From Alphaproteobacteria bacterium (GTDB lineage Bacteria > Pseudomonadota > Alphaproteobacteria > Micavibrionales > Micavibrionaceae): a stretch of DNA of 64,000 bases. A model generated the notes under the pieces. That model saw only the letters and a program-made list of their open reading frames with translations. It had not been told where the DNA came from and searched no databases. The translations under genes were made by a program, and so were the position numbers. Below are positions 44,979-55,595 of this stretch, piece by piece (the first letter of the stretch is position 1; each line of letters begins with the position of its first letter). The DNA lies in the NCBI GenBank assembly GCA_030147745.1, contig JASBUS010000042.1, forward strand, positions 10,836 through 74,835, given 5' to 3'.

Positions 44979-47900
44979 ATGACCAATCAATCAATCAACG
45001 CAGAGTTTACACAATCTGACGTACAAGAAATAAGACTCGGCAATCAAAATATGCTTGAGATTATTTTGAACGATGGCACGGTGGTTGGTTATAGCGACCT
45101 TGATTTTTCAGGTTCAGCGCAAAGCTTCATTATTTTCAGCGACGGTAAAGCGATTGAGATTTCATCTCTGGTTGATACGCTAAACGCAGGTCAGTCATGG
45201 ACGACAGCGCAAATCACCGAAATGCAGGTTATTGGCGCCCCAGAAGGCATGGTTGAAAACTACGTTGTGGCTGAAGGCGGCGTATTAAAACTTGATGTTG
45301 ATCTCTCTCACGCAAAAATCACAAAACAAGGCGAAGAACTTACAATTGATATGGGCGAACAAGGCTCAGTCGTTATTTCGGGTGCTGAAGGCATCGAAGC
45401 TATTCAATTGGCGAGCGGCGTTGTTGTAAATCTTGATGTTCTTTTGGCGAATGCTTTCGCAGAAGAAATGGTTGCAGAAGTTGAACCACAAGCCCCAACA
45501 ATGGATAGCGCAGCTGAAGAATTTGCGGCTGTTGAGCCTGCGGCAGGCGATATCGCTGAACAACTCGCGACAATTGAACCGGCGGCTGGTGAGGGCGCAG
45601 CGCCTGGTGCACGTGGCGGTTATGGCTTTAGCTCTGTATTCTCATCTGAACAAGTTGCGCCATTGAACGAAATTGGCCCGATTGCACCAACAGCATTGCA
45701 ATATGGCATTGAATATTCTCAAGACCGCGTACTTCCACAAGAAGACGCGCCAGAGCGTTTGGTGACGCCACCAGAATTTGGCCCAAGCGAAGAGCTTGTT
45801 AACGAGATTCCAGCGCAGCCAACAACATTAAATGGCACATTGCCAGTATTCTTTGATTCAGATGGTTTTGGTTCAATCGCACCAAGCACAGCAGGTTTCT
45901 CTGCATCTGGTTCACTTGCGGGCGGCACATTAACATCATTAGGCGAAGCGGTTATCGTAACAGCGACAGCAAATGGTTATGAAGGCGCAACAGTAGGCGG
46001 CCGTACAGTATTCACAATCACTTTTGATAACCAAGGTGATTACAGCTTCGTTATTTATGATGGTATTGACCACGCAGACCCAACAAACCCAACAGATGTA
46101 ATTACACTTGAATTCGGCATCACAGCGGTTGATGGCGCGGGTGATACAGCATCTGGCACATTCACAATCGACGTGATCGACAGCGTTCCAGTCGCGGCAG
46201 ATGATCACGTATCAATGACACCATTCACGGACTTGGATGTTGATGGTAACGTTATCACAGGCCTTAACACAGGCGGTGCAGATACAGATAGTGATGACAT
46301 CACATCAACAGTGACAAATGTTGACGGTACAACAGTTATCGGCGCGACAACAATTAACGGTACATATGGTACTTTGGTCATTAACGCAGATGGCTCATTT
46401 GATTACACCTTGTTGAATAACTGGGATGTACTTGCGGGCGTTGATTACAGTGTTAGCAAAACATATGATTTCGACACATTCACATATACATATACAGACG
46501 CCGACGGCGATAGCGATACGGCGACATTAAGCTTTGATGGTTATGTCGCAGCACTTCCACCGCCAACAGCTGAGCCAAATGCAGTAACTGTGACAGAAGA
46601 TCTTGATCAAGTTACAGGCAAAGTAAAAATTATCTCTGATGATAACTCTATTTTGGCACATAGCCCGAATGGCGATATCACATCAGTCGCATATAACGGC
46701 ACATATTCAAGCAATGTTGGCACGCTAACATCAAATGGTTCACTTGTGACCATCGCGCAAACAGCCACTGGCCTTGTTGGTACAAACGCAACAGGCGAAA
46801 CAGTGTTTGATATCGTGATCACAAATAATGCAGGTATTTACGAATATACATATACTCAATACGCAACATTGGATCACCAAGAAGGCGGCGCATCTGATGA
46901 CCAGATGAGCATTGAATTCGGCATCACAATCACTGACGAATACGGCCTAACAGTTGATAGCAAAATCACAGCTTATGTGAATGATGATAATCCTGATGCG
47001 GTTAACGATGCGGCGACATTGGCGGATGGTCAAAACTTGATCACTGGCGATGTAACAGATAACGACCTATTCAGCGCGGATGCAGATAACCTTGTGACAG
47101 GTTATGTTGTTGCTGGTACATACGGTAACTTCACAGTAGATGCAGATGGTAACTACAGCTACGCCCTATACAACAACTGGGCTGACCTTGCGGGTGTTGA
47201 TTACACAACAAACGGTACATATACGCTTGATACATTCTCTTACGCGCTTGTTGATGGCGATGGCGACCAAGACATCGCAACAATTACATTCAACAAAGAC
47301 TTCAACAAACTGCCAAACCCTGAAGCCGCACCTTCAGAAGTAACAGTGACAGAAGACGCGCCACTTGGCTTTGATCATGCAGCAGGAACTGTTCATATCA
47401 TTTCAGCTTCTAATACGTTATCAATCACTAGCCCAAATGGTGAAATTACCTCAGTTGAATATAATGGTGTTTATGGTGAGAATAATGTTGGCGGCTTGTT
47501 CTCAAATGGATCTCCAGTAACGGTGACAGCAAAAGGTGGCGCTCCGCTTCCTCCACCATTTGGAGGAATTGAGCAATATGGTTTTGTTGGTAAGGATGCT
47601 GCTGGGCAGAAAGTGTTTGAGCTGTCTTTTTATAAAAATGCAGCAGGCGAATTTGAATATTTGTATACTCAATGGGCGCCACTTGATCATGAAGAAGGCC
47701 TAGCCTCTGATGATAAAATGATCATGGACTTCGGTGTGACAATCACTGATGAGTTCGGTCTTAGCACATCAACAAAAGTTACAGTGAACGTTATTGATGA
47801 TAACCCACTTGCTAACGCAGATAGTGCACAGCTTTCAGACACTGAAACATCTATCAGTGGTGACGTAACAACAAACGACCATTTCAGCGTTGATGCGTCA

Positions 47901-50900
47901 AACACAGTATCTGCAGGCTCAAGCCTTACAGGTACATATGGTGACCTAACAATCTTCGCAAATGGTTCATATACATATACATTGCATGCGAATTGGGCGA
48001 CAACAGCAGGCGTTGATTACAGCGTTGGCGGTACATTCACATTAGATACGTTTAAATACATCCTTACAGATGGCGATGGCGATACATCAGAGACAACACT
48101 TGATTTCTCTAAAATCGTTGATGCGCTTAACCCACCAACATTGGAAGCAACAGATAAAGTTCTTCACGAAGAGCGTAATGCTGACCCAAGCACATCTGGT
48201 GACCTAAGCGTGACAGGCGCGAATGGCGGCGTGGATAAGATTGAATTCACAGGTACATTCAATGCATCAGGTTCATTGGAAGGTGGCGTGCTATCTTACA
48301 AAGGTACAGCGATCACAACATCATATTCTGGCAATACTTACACAGGTATGGCGGGCACAGTGAAAGTGTTTGAACTAACACTTAACCCAACAACACAAAA
48401 ATATGAATTCACATTGTTTGAAACTTTGGATCACGAAGTTGAAAATGTTGCAGATGACATCACATTGTCTTTCGAAGTGAAAGTGACTGATGATTTCGGT
48501 TTGAGCGCGACAGACACAATTGATGTGAAAATCGTTGATGACCTGCCAGTAGCTGTTGATGACAGCGCAACATTGGCGGATGACAAAACAAGCATCACAG
48601 GCAATGTTTTGACAAACGACCAAGCAACATTCAGTGCGGATGATGACAACCTTGCTATCGCGAAAACATATACAGGCACTTATGGCGACATGACGCTGTA
48701 TGCGAATGGTTCATATACTTATACATTGCACGCGAACTGGGCGACAACAGCGGGTGTTGATTATGCAGCAGGCGGCAAATATACGCTTGATACATTCGAA
48801 TACACGTTGATTGATGGCGATACAGACACTGACACAGCCAATATTGAATTCTTCAAAATGGTTGATGCTTTGAATGCGCCAACAATTTCTGGTGTAGATA
48901 AAGAGCTTGTAGAGCTTCGTAATGCCGATCCATCAGTAAGCGGCGATATCACAGTAACGGGCGCAAATGGTGGTGTTGCTTCTCTTGAATTGGTTGATGG
49001 TACATTCGCAGCCTCTGGTTCACTAGAAAACGGTGCCTTCACATTCCAAGGCACACCGATTGTTACAACGCTTGTTGGTGATACCTTCACAGGTATGGCT
49101 GGCGCGGTTAAAGTGTTTGAATTGACACTTGACCCAACAACAGCAGATTACACATTCACATTATTCGAAACATTTGATCATGAAGTTGTTGGCGCAGCTG
49201 ACGAAATCACAGTGTCTTTCGATGTGAAAGTAACTGACGGTTACGGCTTTACAGCAACAGACACAATCAATGTTGATGTGATCGACTCACTTCCAGATGC
49301 AAAGAACGATGCAAAAACATTGGCAGATGGTCAGAACACAGTTTCTGGTAATGCCCTTGCAAATGACGTGTTGAGCGCGGATAACGACAATTCAGTCAGC
49401 AGCGCAGGCGTATTGAACGGTACTTATGGTCAGTTGGTGATTGATGCCAATGGTGATTATACATACACACTTTATGCGAACTGGGATAATGGTCTTGATT
49501 ACAGCAAAAACCACAGCTTGAAAGACACATTCCAATATACATTAATTGACGGTGATGATGACACAGATAAAGCAAATATCGTGATCACGAAACAAGTGAA
49601 CGCACTTGATAAGCCAGAGATCGATGTTGAAGATAACTGTGTAACAGAAGACCTTCCAATGGGCCCTGTGGTTTCAGGTAATTTGAACATTACAGATGCA
49701 AATGGCGGCATTAAATCAATTACGCCAGTTGATGGTACATTCTCATTCTCTGGTTCTTCAACAGCGCCAACATTGTCACATAATGGCGTGGCAATCACAG
49801 TCGCAGTTGTTGGTAACAGCTTCGTTGGTACAGCGGGCGCGGTTACAGTGTTTGAATTGGAAATTGACCCAGCAACACAAAGCTACACATTTGAATTGTT
49901 TGAAACACTCGATCACGCAGATGTAAATTCAGCGGATGTAATTAACCTATCTTTCGATGTGAAAGTAACTGATAATTACGACTTGAGCGCAACAGACACA
50001 ATTGACATCTGTATCATTGATGATCGTCCAATCGCAAATGATGACATGATCGAAATTGATGCGGGTCTTACAGACACAGCAACAGGCAATGTTGTGACAT
50101 CAAATGATGAACTAAGTGCGGACCTTGATAACACAGTGACATCTGTGAAATTCGAAGGCGTTAGCTACGATGTGCCAACATCTGGTGACTTGGTGATTGA
50201 CGGTAACTACGGTCAATTAACTATCGATGCAACAGGTGATTACACATATGTTCTTCGTGATGACATCATGACGAAAGAAACAACATATACATTCTCAACA
50301 GATAACCCTCCAGGCAGCGATGCAGGCGGCGACATCAAGAATGTAACAACAACATATAACGAAGATACGCATGAATTCACATTCCAAATGACAATTGCGG
50401 ACCCTTATGGTCGTACGACTGAAGGCTTCACATTGGCATTGAATGATGGCCCGAACCCTAAAGGTTCAGGTGAATTGGCGCTATTCTACTTTGATGCATC
50501 TTCAACAAATGCGTCTCCAGTTGTCTCTGCTTATGCTTATAACGGCCAAAACACACAAACAAGCTGGAAAGACGGTTCATCTGAAGCAGGTATCCAAGCG
50601 GCAGATCAAATCGCGTCATCACTTGGTGCGAACAGCCCGTTCTCATCTATCACAGCGACGATTGATGCGAATGGTAACCATGTTTACAGCTTCACATTGA
50701 ATGCTGATTTCATCCAAAACCACGTGCCAACATATGGCGACGCAGCGGATTGGACGGGTCTTGGTTTCGACCAAAATCTAGGCATTTGGTTGCACCCAGT
50801 GGCAGATATCGTGACAAAATATGACGCGGATGGTTACCTCACACAGTGGGATACATGTGCGCAAGGTTGGTACGATGCAAGCAACCTAACAACAACTGTG

Positions 50901-52442
50901 ACAACAACATGCACAGGCTGTGTTGGCGATGTCTTTGAATATACATTGACAGACAGCGACGGCGACAGCGATACAGCGCAGCTTGCGATCAAGTCTTGCT
51001 TCCCTAAATTCTTGGTGGGTGAGAATGTTGATGATATCGCGGGTGAAGACACTTACTACGCCGTTGGTGGTGAAAATGGTGTAATCACTGGCTCACATGC
51101 TTCTGATGTATTGGTTGGTGATGTTGGTGGCTCAACATATATCCCACCGCAGCCACAGGATTATAACTTTGTATTGATCCTTGATACTTCAGGCTCTATG
51201 GGTGCGAAAACAGGATCAACACGCCTAAGCAAGTTGATTGCAGCGGTCGAAAGCTTGGCTGATGATTTGGCAGCATATGATAACGGCGCAATCCGTGTGC
51301 ATATCGTTCCATTCGGGAATACAGCGCGCGGCACAGCAACATTCGATATTACTGACCAAGCAAGTGCAGATGCATTGGTTGATTGGTTGATGAATGACAT
51401 GCAAATTGGCGGCGTGACTAACTACGAATCAGCGTTACAAAGCGCGATTAACTGGTTGGAAACACCAAATGCAGCTTTGGGTGGTTCAGCTGAAACTTAC
51501 ACATATTTCATCTCTGATGGTGAACCAAATGCTTATGTGAACGCATCGGGCGGCACTGGTAGCGGTACAGCGAACGCAGTTGGTGAATATACAGGCAGCG
51601 ATGGCACAGATGAAGCATCTACAATCAAAGCATTGAGCACAGAAGTGATCGGCGTTGGTATTCAGCTTGGCACAACAGCATTGAGCCGTATTGACCTGAT
51701 CGATTCAGATGGTAGCTCTTTGAACATCACGAACCCTGATGATTTGACTGCAGCCCTAAAAGATTCAAACCCATTGACTGGCTTAACAGGCGTTGGTGGC
51801 GATGTAATCAATGGTGGCGCAGGCGAAGACATCATCTTCGGTGATAGCTTGAACACAGATATTTTGGCATTGCTTGAAGGTCTTGGTACAACGAAAGGTG
51901 CTGGCTGGGATGTATTCGCCCGTTTAGAAAACGGCGAAGGCACAACAGCAGATTGGGATCGTGACGATACATTGGCTTACATTAAAGCAAATGCAGAAGA
52001 ATTGGCTGAAGAAACACAGCTTGCTTCTGGCGGCACACGCAGCGGCGGTGATGACGTGATCACAGGCGGCGCAGGTGATGATTTGATCTTCGGTCAAGAA
52101 GGTGATGATGTTATCTCTGGCGGCGCAGGCAACAATGTTCTTTACGGCGGCAGCGGTAATGACACATTCTTGTTCGAGGCGATCACAGACGGCGTTGACG
52201 ACATTATGGATTTCACAGTTGGTGAAGACGTGCTTGATCTATCGCAATTGGTATCAATCACAGATCCACTAACACAATCTATTGAAGACTTTGTCTTCGC
52301 AAATGACAACGGCTCAGGTGGCACAACGCTTTCTGTCGATACCAGCGGCAGCGGCAATGTGAATAACGCTACAGCTATTGCAAATCTTGACGGTGTGGAC
52401 GTTGAATTGAGCGACCTTATCGCAAGCTTGCTTGTCGCATAA
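44979..52442 (+). CDS. Giant LapA/BapA-like repeat adhesin: N-terminal module, Ala/Glu/Pro linker, six VCBS/cadherin-like repeat units, VWA domain, RTX repeats, and a type I secretion C-terminal signal
   Basis: I chose the start at MTNQS because GAGGAG lies upstream; the ORF opens at 44949. There is no signal peptide. The repeated blocks are (V/I)DDxPxAxxD...GTYGxLxxxAxGxYTYTL...DTFxYTLxDGDGD. The MIDAS motif is ILDTSGSMG, and GGAGDDLIFGQEGDDVISGGAGNNVLYGGSGNDTF follows. Confidence 0.9.
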   Translation: MTNQSINAEFTQSDVQEIRLGNQNMLEIILNDGTVVGYSDLDFSGSAQSFIIFSDGKAIEISSLVDTLNAGQSWTTAQITEMQVIGAPEGMVENYVVAEGGVLKLDVDLSHAKITKQGEELTIDMGEQGSVVISGAEGIEAIQLASGVVVNLDVLLANAFAEEMVAEVEPQAPTMDSAAEEFAAVEPAAGDIAEQLATIEPAAGEGAAPGARGGYGFSSVFSSEQVAPLNEIGPIAPTALQYGIEYSQDRVLPQEDAPERLVTPPEFGPSEELVNEIPAQPTTLNGTLPVFFDSDGFGSIAPSTAGFSASGSLAGGTLTSLGEAVIVTATANGYEGATVGGRTVFTITFDNQGDYSFVIYDGIDHADPTNPTDVITLEFGITAVDGAGDTASGTFTIDVIDSVPVAADDHVSMTPFTDLDVDGNVITGLNTGGADTDSDDITSTVTNVDGTTVIGATTINGTYGTLVINADGSFDYTLLNNWDVLAGVDYSVSKTYDFDTFTYTYTDADGDSDTATLSFDGYVAALPPPTAEPNAVTVTEDLDQVTGKVKIISDDNSILAHSPNGDITSVAYNGTYSSNVGTLTSNGSLVTIAQTATGLVGTNATGETVFDIVITNNAGIYEYTYTQYATLDHQEGGASDDQMSIEFGITITDEYGLTVDSKITAYVNDDNPDAVNDAATLADGQNLITGDVTDNDLFSADADNLVTGYVVAGTYGNFTVDADGNYSYALYNNWADLAGVDYTTNGTYTLDTFSYALVDGDGDQDIATITFNKDFNKLPNPEAAPSEVTVTEDAPLGFDHAAGTVHIISASNTLSITSPNGEITSVEYNGVYGENNVGGLFSNGSPVTVTAKGGAPLPPPFGGIEQYGFVGKDAAGQKVFELSFYKNAAGEFEYLYTQWAPLDHEEGLASDDKMIMDFGVTITDEFGLSTSTKVTVNVIDDNPLANADSAQLSDTETSISGDVTTNDHFSVDASNTVSAGSSLTGTYGDLTIFANGSYTYTLHANWATTAGVDYSVGGTFTLDTFKYILTDGDGDTSETTLDFSKIVDALNPPTLEATDKVLHEERNADPSTSGDLSVTGANGGVDKIEFTGTFNASGSLEGGVLSYKGTAITTSYSGNTYTGMAGTVKVFELTLNPTTQKYEFTLFETLDHEVENVADDITLSFEVKVTDDFGLSATDTIDVKIVDDLPVAVDDSATLADDKTSITGNVLTNDQATFSADDDNLAIAKTYTGTYGDMTLYANGSYTYTLHANWATTAGVDYAAGGKYTLDTFEYTLIDGDTDTDTANIEFFKMVDALNAPTISGVDKELVELRNADPSVSGDITVTGANGGVASLELVDGTFAASGSLENGAFTFQGTPIVTTLVGDTFTGMAGAVKVFELTLDPTTADYTFTLFETFDHEVVGAADEITVSFDVKVTDGYGFTATDTINVDVIDSLPDAKNDAKTLADGQNTVSGNALANDVLSADNDNSVSSAGVLNGTYGQLVIDANGDYTYTLYANWDNGLDYSKNHSLKDTFQYTLIDGDDDTDKANIVITKQVNALDKPEIDVEDNCVTEDLPMGPVVSGNLNITDANGGIKSITPVDGTFSFSGSSTAPTLSHNGVAITVAVVGNSFVGTAGAVTVFELEIDPATQSYTFELFETLDHADVNSADVINLSFDVKVTDNYDLSATDTIDICIIDDRPIANDDMIEIDAGLTDTATGNVVTSNDELSADLDNTVTSVKFEGVSYDVPTSGDLVIDGNYGQLTIDATGDYTYVLRDDIMTKETTYTFSTDNPPGSDAGGDIKNVTTTYNEDTHEFTFQMTIADPYGRTTEGFTLALNDGPNPKGSGELALFYFDASSTNASPVVSAYAYNGQNTQTSWKDGSSEAGIQAADQIASSLGANSPFSSITATIDANGNHVYSFTLNADFIQNHVPTYGDAADWTGLGFDQNLGIWLHPVADIVTKYDADGYLTQWDTCAQGWYDASNLTTTVTTTCTGCVGDVFEYTLTDSDGDSDTAQLAIKSCFPKFLVGENVDDIAGEDTYYAVGGENGVITGSHASDVLVGDVGGSTYIPPQPQDYNFVLILDTSGSMGAKTGSTRLSKLIAAVESLADDLAAYDNGAIRVHIVPFGNTARGTATFDITDQASADALVDWLMNDMQIGGVTNYESALQSAINWLETPNAALGGSAETYTYFISDGEPNAYVNASGGTGSGTANAVGEYTGSDGTDEASTIKALSTEVIGVGIQLGTTALSRIDLIDSDGSSLNITNPDDLTAALKDSNPLTGLTGVGGDVINGGAGEDIIFGDSLNTDILALLEGLGTTKGAGWDVFARLENGEGTTADWDRDDTLAYIKANAEELAEETQLASGGTRSGGDDVITGGAGDDLIFGQEGDDVISGGAGNNVLYGGSGNDTFLFEAITDGVDDIMDFTVGEDVLDLSQLVSITDPLTQSIEDFVFANDNGSGGTTLSVDTSGSGNVNNATAIANLDGVDVELSDLIASLLVA
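45800..50300 (+). repeat. Six tandem coding repeat units of roughly 735-815 bp inside the adhesin gene
   Basis: The anchor motifs DxxP(V/D/L/I)Ax(D/N)D recur at about 46180, 46985, 47800, 48540, 49285 and 50020. The units at 47.8-49.3 kb are clearly similar at the DNA level. The outer boundaries are approximate. Confidence 0.7.
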
Positions 52443-52470
52443 TATATAAAAACAAGTTCATGGGACTTAA

Positions 52471-52496
52471 AAGCCGGCCATCGCGCCGGCTTTTTT
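52471..52496 (+). terminator. Intrinsic terminator after the adhesin gene
   Basis: AAGCCGGC-catcgc-GCCGGCTT followed by TTTTT. Confidence 0.8.
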
Positions 52497-52607
52497 CATG
52501 GCTATTGCTTGCGCCGCGGGGGTAAGCGCAAGCTTGTGATTGACCTTTATGGCGAAAATCTTATATAAAATAACGGAAATCAAATTTGATGTGATATTAT
52601 AAAGTTG

Positions 52608-53363
52608 ATGAATAACCGAGCCCATTTAAAAACGGTGAAACGTGGTCTATCCGTTCACCATCTTTCGAAAGCCTATAAGAAGCGTCCTGTTTTGCGGGAT
52701 GTTAGCTTATATGTACAGGCGGGCGAGGCGGTTGCTTTGCTTGGGCCAAACGGCGCGGGTAAAACCACAAGCTTTTATATTGTTACGGGCCTGATTAACC
52801 CAGATAGCGGTCAAGTTATGTTGGACGGCGTGGACATCACCCATATTCCGATGTATCGCCGTGCCCGTTTAGGGATTGGCTATCTGCCGCAGGAATCGTC
52901 AATTTTCCGTGGCTTAAATGTTGAAGACAATATTCGCGCCGTTTTACAGGCGCAGAATGATTTATCTGATCGTCAGCAAGATATCTTCCTTGAAGAACTA
53001 TTAGCGGAATTTTCGATTGAACATTTACGCCGCACACCTGCAATATCCCTTTCAGGTGGTGAGCGCCGCCGCGCGGAAATTGCGCGTGCATTGGCGGGGC
53101 GTCCGCAGTTTATCTTGTTGGATGAGCCGCTCGCCGGTATAGACCCGATTGCGGTTGCCGATATTCGCGGCCTGATCGCTCAATTAAAAACCCGCGGCAT
53201 TGGTGTGTTAATTACAGACCATAATGTGCGCGACTGTTTAGGTATTGTCGATCGCGCATATATCCTGCATGATGGACGCGTCCTGATGGAAGGCACACCA
53301 GGCGACATCGTTAATCACGAAGATGTCCGAAAAGTTTACCTCGGTGATGGATTCTCTCTGTAA
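52608..53363 (+). CDS. lptB: LPS export ABC transporter ATP-binding protein
   Basis: Walker A GPNGAGKTT, signature LSGGERRR, Walker B ILLDEP. It lies immediately upstream of rpoN. Confidence 0.9.
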   Translation: MNNRAHLKTVKRGLSVHHLSKAYKKRPVLRDVSLYVQAGEAVALLGPNGAGKTTSFYIVTGLINPDSGQVMLDGVDITHIPMYRRARLGIGYLPQESSIFRGLNVEDNIRAVLQAQNDLSDRQQDIFLEELLAEFSIEHLRRTPAISLSGGERRRAEIARALAGRPQFILLDEPLAGIDPIAVADIRGLIAQLKTRGIGVLITDHNVRDCLGIVDRAYILHDGRVLMEGTPGDIVNHEDVRKVYLGDGFSL

Positions 53364-53392
53364 CCAACCTTAATTCATGATACACTGCAAAT

Positions 53393-54898
53393 ATGAGCAA
53401 GCTATCGCAAAATATTAATCTTAAACAAAGTCAGACGCTGGTGATGAACCAGCAAATGCAGCAGGCTATCAAGTTGCTGCAGCTGTCGAATGTTGAGCTC
53501 AGCGAATATCTGGAAGAGATATTAGAGGCTAATCCATTGCTTGAAAAAGTTGATGCGAGTGGCACGCATGAAAGCATGACGGATCGCAATCAAAAAGATA
53601 GCGATTCCATGGATGATAACTTCGCGCAAGATGATTGGGATAAATCAGGTGATAGCAGCGAAGCGTCTTATGAGCCCTCAGAAACGGAATATGCAAGTGG
53701 CGGCGATAGCCACGATGTCGGCGATAGCAGCAATGATATGCTCGGCGTTGGTGCGGGTGGGTCGCATAAATTTGATGACCCTGAATATTCATTTGAAAAC
53801 CGTTTAAGTAAAGAGCCGTCTTTGCGTGAACATTTGATGGATCAACTGCATATCATGACAGAAGATCCGCGTGACCGTATGATCGGTGCGCTTTTGATTG
53901 ACCAATTGGATGAGGCAGGTTACCTGCGCGCTGATCCTGAAGAATTAGCCGCGCGCCTTGAATGTTCTGAAGATCGCATTAGTAAATTGCTGACCAAAAT
54001 GAAATATTTTGACCCAGCGGGGATTTTTGCGCGTGACCTTGCGGATTGCTTGGCGATGCAGCTTGATGAAGCAGGGCAGCTCGATGCGCCAATGCATCGT
54101 TTGCTTGATAACCTTGATTTGCTAGCCGCGCATGAATGGGACAAATTATGCAAGGCTTGTGACGTGAACCGCGAATATCTGAATGATATGGTCGAAGAAT
54201 TGCGCCGCATGCAGCCAAAGCCCGCAAGTGAATTTGACCATTTTGTTGCGCAAACCGTTGTGCCAGATGTCTATATGCGCCCGCGTCCTAAAAATTTAGG
54301 CGGCGGCTGGCATGTTGAATTAAACAACGCGACTTTGCCAAAGGTTTTGGTTAATCAGGAATATTATACGACGGTCGCGAGCAAGGCGAACCGTAAGGAC
54401 GACAAAGACTTCTTATCATCGCAAATGCAATCTGCCAATTGGTTGGTGCGTGCACTTGACCAGCGCGCCCAAACCATTTTGAAAGTGGCGAGTGAGATTG
54501 TTGAGCAGCAAAATGCCTTCTTCTTATATGGCATTGAATTTTTGCAGCCGATGAATTTAAAAGACATCGCTGAAGCCATTGAAATGCATGAATCAACCGT
54601 TTCGCGTGTCACCACCAATAAATATATTGGTACGCCGCGCGGTGTGTTTGAGCTTAAATATTTCTTCTCAACCGCGCTGATTGGGGCTGATGGCTTGGTA
54701 CATTCTGCGGAAGCGGTGAAGTCAAAAATTAAATCCATGATTGATGGCGAAAGCCCTGATGCGATATTGTCTGATGACCGTATTGTTGAAATGTTAGCTG
54801 AAGATCATATCGATATTGCCCGCCGTACCGTTGCAAAATATCGTGAAGCTATGAATATCCCATCCTCTGTTCAGCGCCGTAAAATGAAAAAGCAATAA
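53393..54898 (+). CDS. rpoN: RNA polymerase sigma-54 factor
   Basis: Gln-rich region I (LKQSQTLVMNQQMQQAIKLLQLSN), an acidic region II, an HTH, and the RpoN box ARRTVAKYR. Confidence 0.95.
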   Translation: MSKLSQNINLKQSQTLVMNQQMQQAIKLLQLSNVELSEYLEEILEANPLLEKVDASGTHESMTDRNQKDSDSMDDNFAQDDWDKSGDSSEASYEPSETEYASGGDSHDVGDSSNDMLGVGAGGSHKFDDPEYSFENRLSKEPSLREHLMDQLHIMTEDPRDRMIGALLIDQLDEAGYLRADPEELAARLECSEDRISKLLTKMKYFDPAGIFARDLADCLAMQLDEAGQLDAPMHRLLDNLDLLAAHEWDKLCKACDVNREYLNDMVEELRRMQPKPASEFDHFVAQTVVPDVYMRPRPKNLGGGWHVELNNATLPKVLVNQEYYTTVASKANRKDDKDFLSSQMQSANWLVRALDQRAQTILKVASEIVEQQNAFFLYGIEFLQPMNLKDIAEAIEMHESTVSRVTTNKYIGTPRGVFELKYFFSTALIGADGLVHSAEAVKSKIKSMIDGESPDAILSDDRIVEMLAEDHIDIARRTVAKYREAMNIPSSVQRRKMKKQ

Positions 54899-55022
54899 AA
54901 CTATGTATAGTTTTATTGTTGGCTCTAGAATTTATTGCAATTGTATTTCAGTGCGACATACTCTAAACTATGCTTTGCTAAGAAGCATATTTCGCGAATA
55001 AATAATCTATAGATATATCACC

Positions 55023-55523
55023 ATGATTAAAAAACATTTTCAAATTTTGTCTTTGGTTTCGGTCCTAGCGCTTGCAGGCTGTGATACAGCTTCGGTCATT
55101 CGTAATGATGCACCACAAGTTGTGGCGTCCCCTGACCGTGTTTCTCTAATGTTGGCAGATGCCGCAGATAAAGCGTCCGTCGCTTTGGAAACATTAGCGG
55201 CGATCGAGCAATATAATTCACCAAAAGTTGCAACAGCGGCGCCAGCGAATGTTCCGGCGGAATTGAACCGCGCGGTGACAATCGATTGGATCGGTCCAGT
55301 TGAGCAAATCTCTAAAACATTGGCGGACCAATCTGGTTACCGCTTTGTTGTTTTAGGTGATGTGCCGCCTGTACCAGTCGTTGTTGATGTCGATGTTGAA
55401 AATCGCCCGATTATCGAAGTGCTTCGCAATATCGGCCTACAGCTTGGCCGCCGTGCGGATTTGAAGCTTGATTCAAACCGCCGCGTCGTTGAAATCTATT
55501 ATGCACCGGTTTCCGGTCTTTAA
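55023..55523 (+). CDS. dotD: DotD/TraH-family lipoprotein (type IVB secretion outer-membrane core)
   Basis: Lipobox LALAGC. VTIDWIGPVEQISKTLADQSGYRFVVLGDVPPVPVVVDVDVENRPIIEVLRNIG...VVEIYYAP parallels Legionella DotD (VDWSGPIEEL...FRFRVLGK.P.VPVLISI......EILRDI...VVELRYAK) as I remember it. Confidence 0.8.
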   Translation: MIKKHFQILSLVSVLALAGCDTASVIRNDAPQVVASPDRVSLMLADAADKASVALETLAAIEQYNSPKVATAAPANVPAELNRAVTIDWIGPVEQISKTLADQSGYRFVVLGDVPPVPVVVDVDVENRPIIEVLRNIGLQLGRRADLKLDSNRRVVEIYYAPVSGL

Positions 55524-55595
55524 GTGGCATATGTGATGGCGGGCGGCTATTTTTAGCCGCAATGCCCTCACGATATAATGATAAGGTTAGAAATT

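Noticed and set aside
45800-50300. Regularly spaced repeated DNA that might suggest a CRISPR or satellite array
   Set aside because: The repeat period is ~750 bp, and the region lies entirely within one long open frame encoding repeated protein domains. It is not a CRISPR array.
54919-54939. TTGGC...TTGCA upstream of dotD, directly after rpoN, as a possible sigma-54 promoter
   Set aside because: The GG-to-GC spacing is 16 nt instead of 12, which is incompatible with a -24/-12 promoter.
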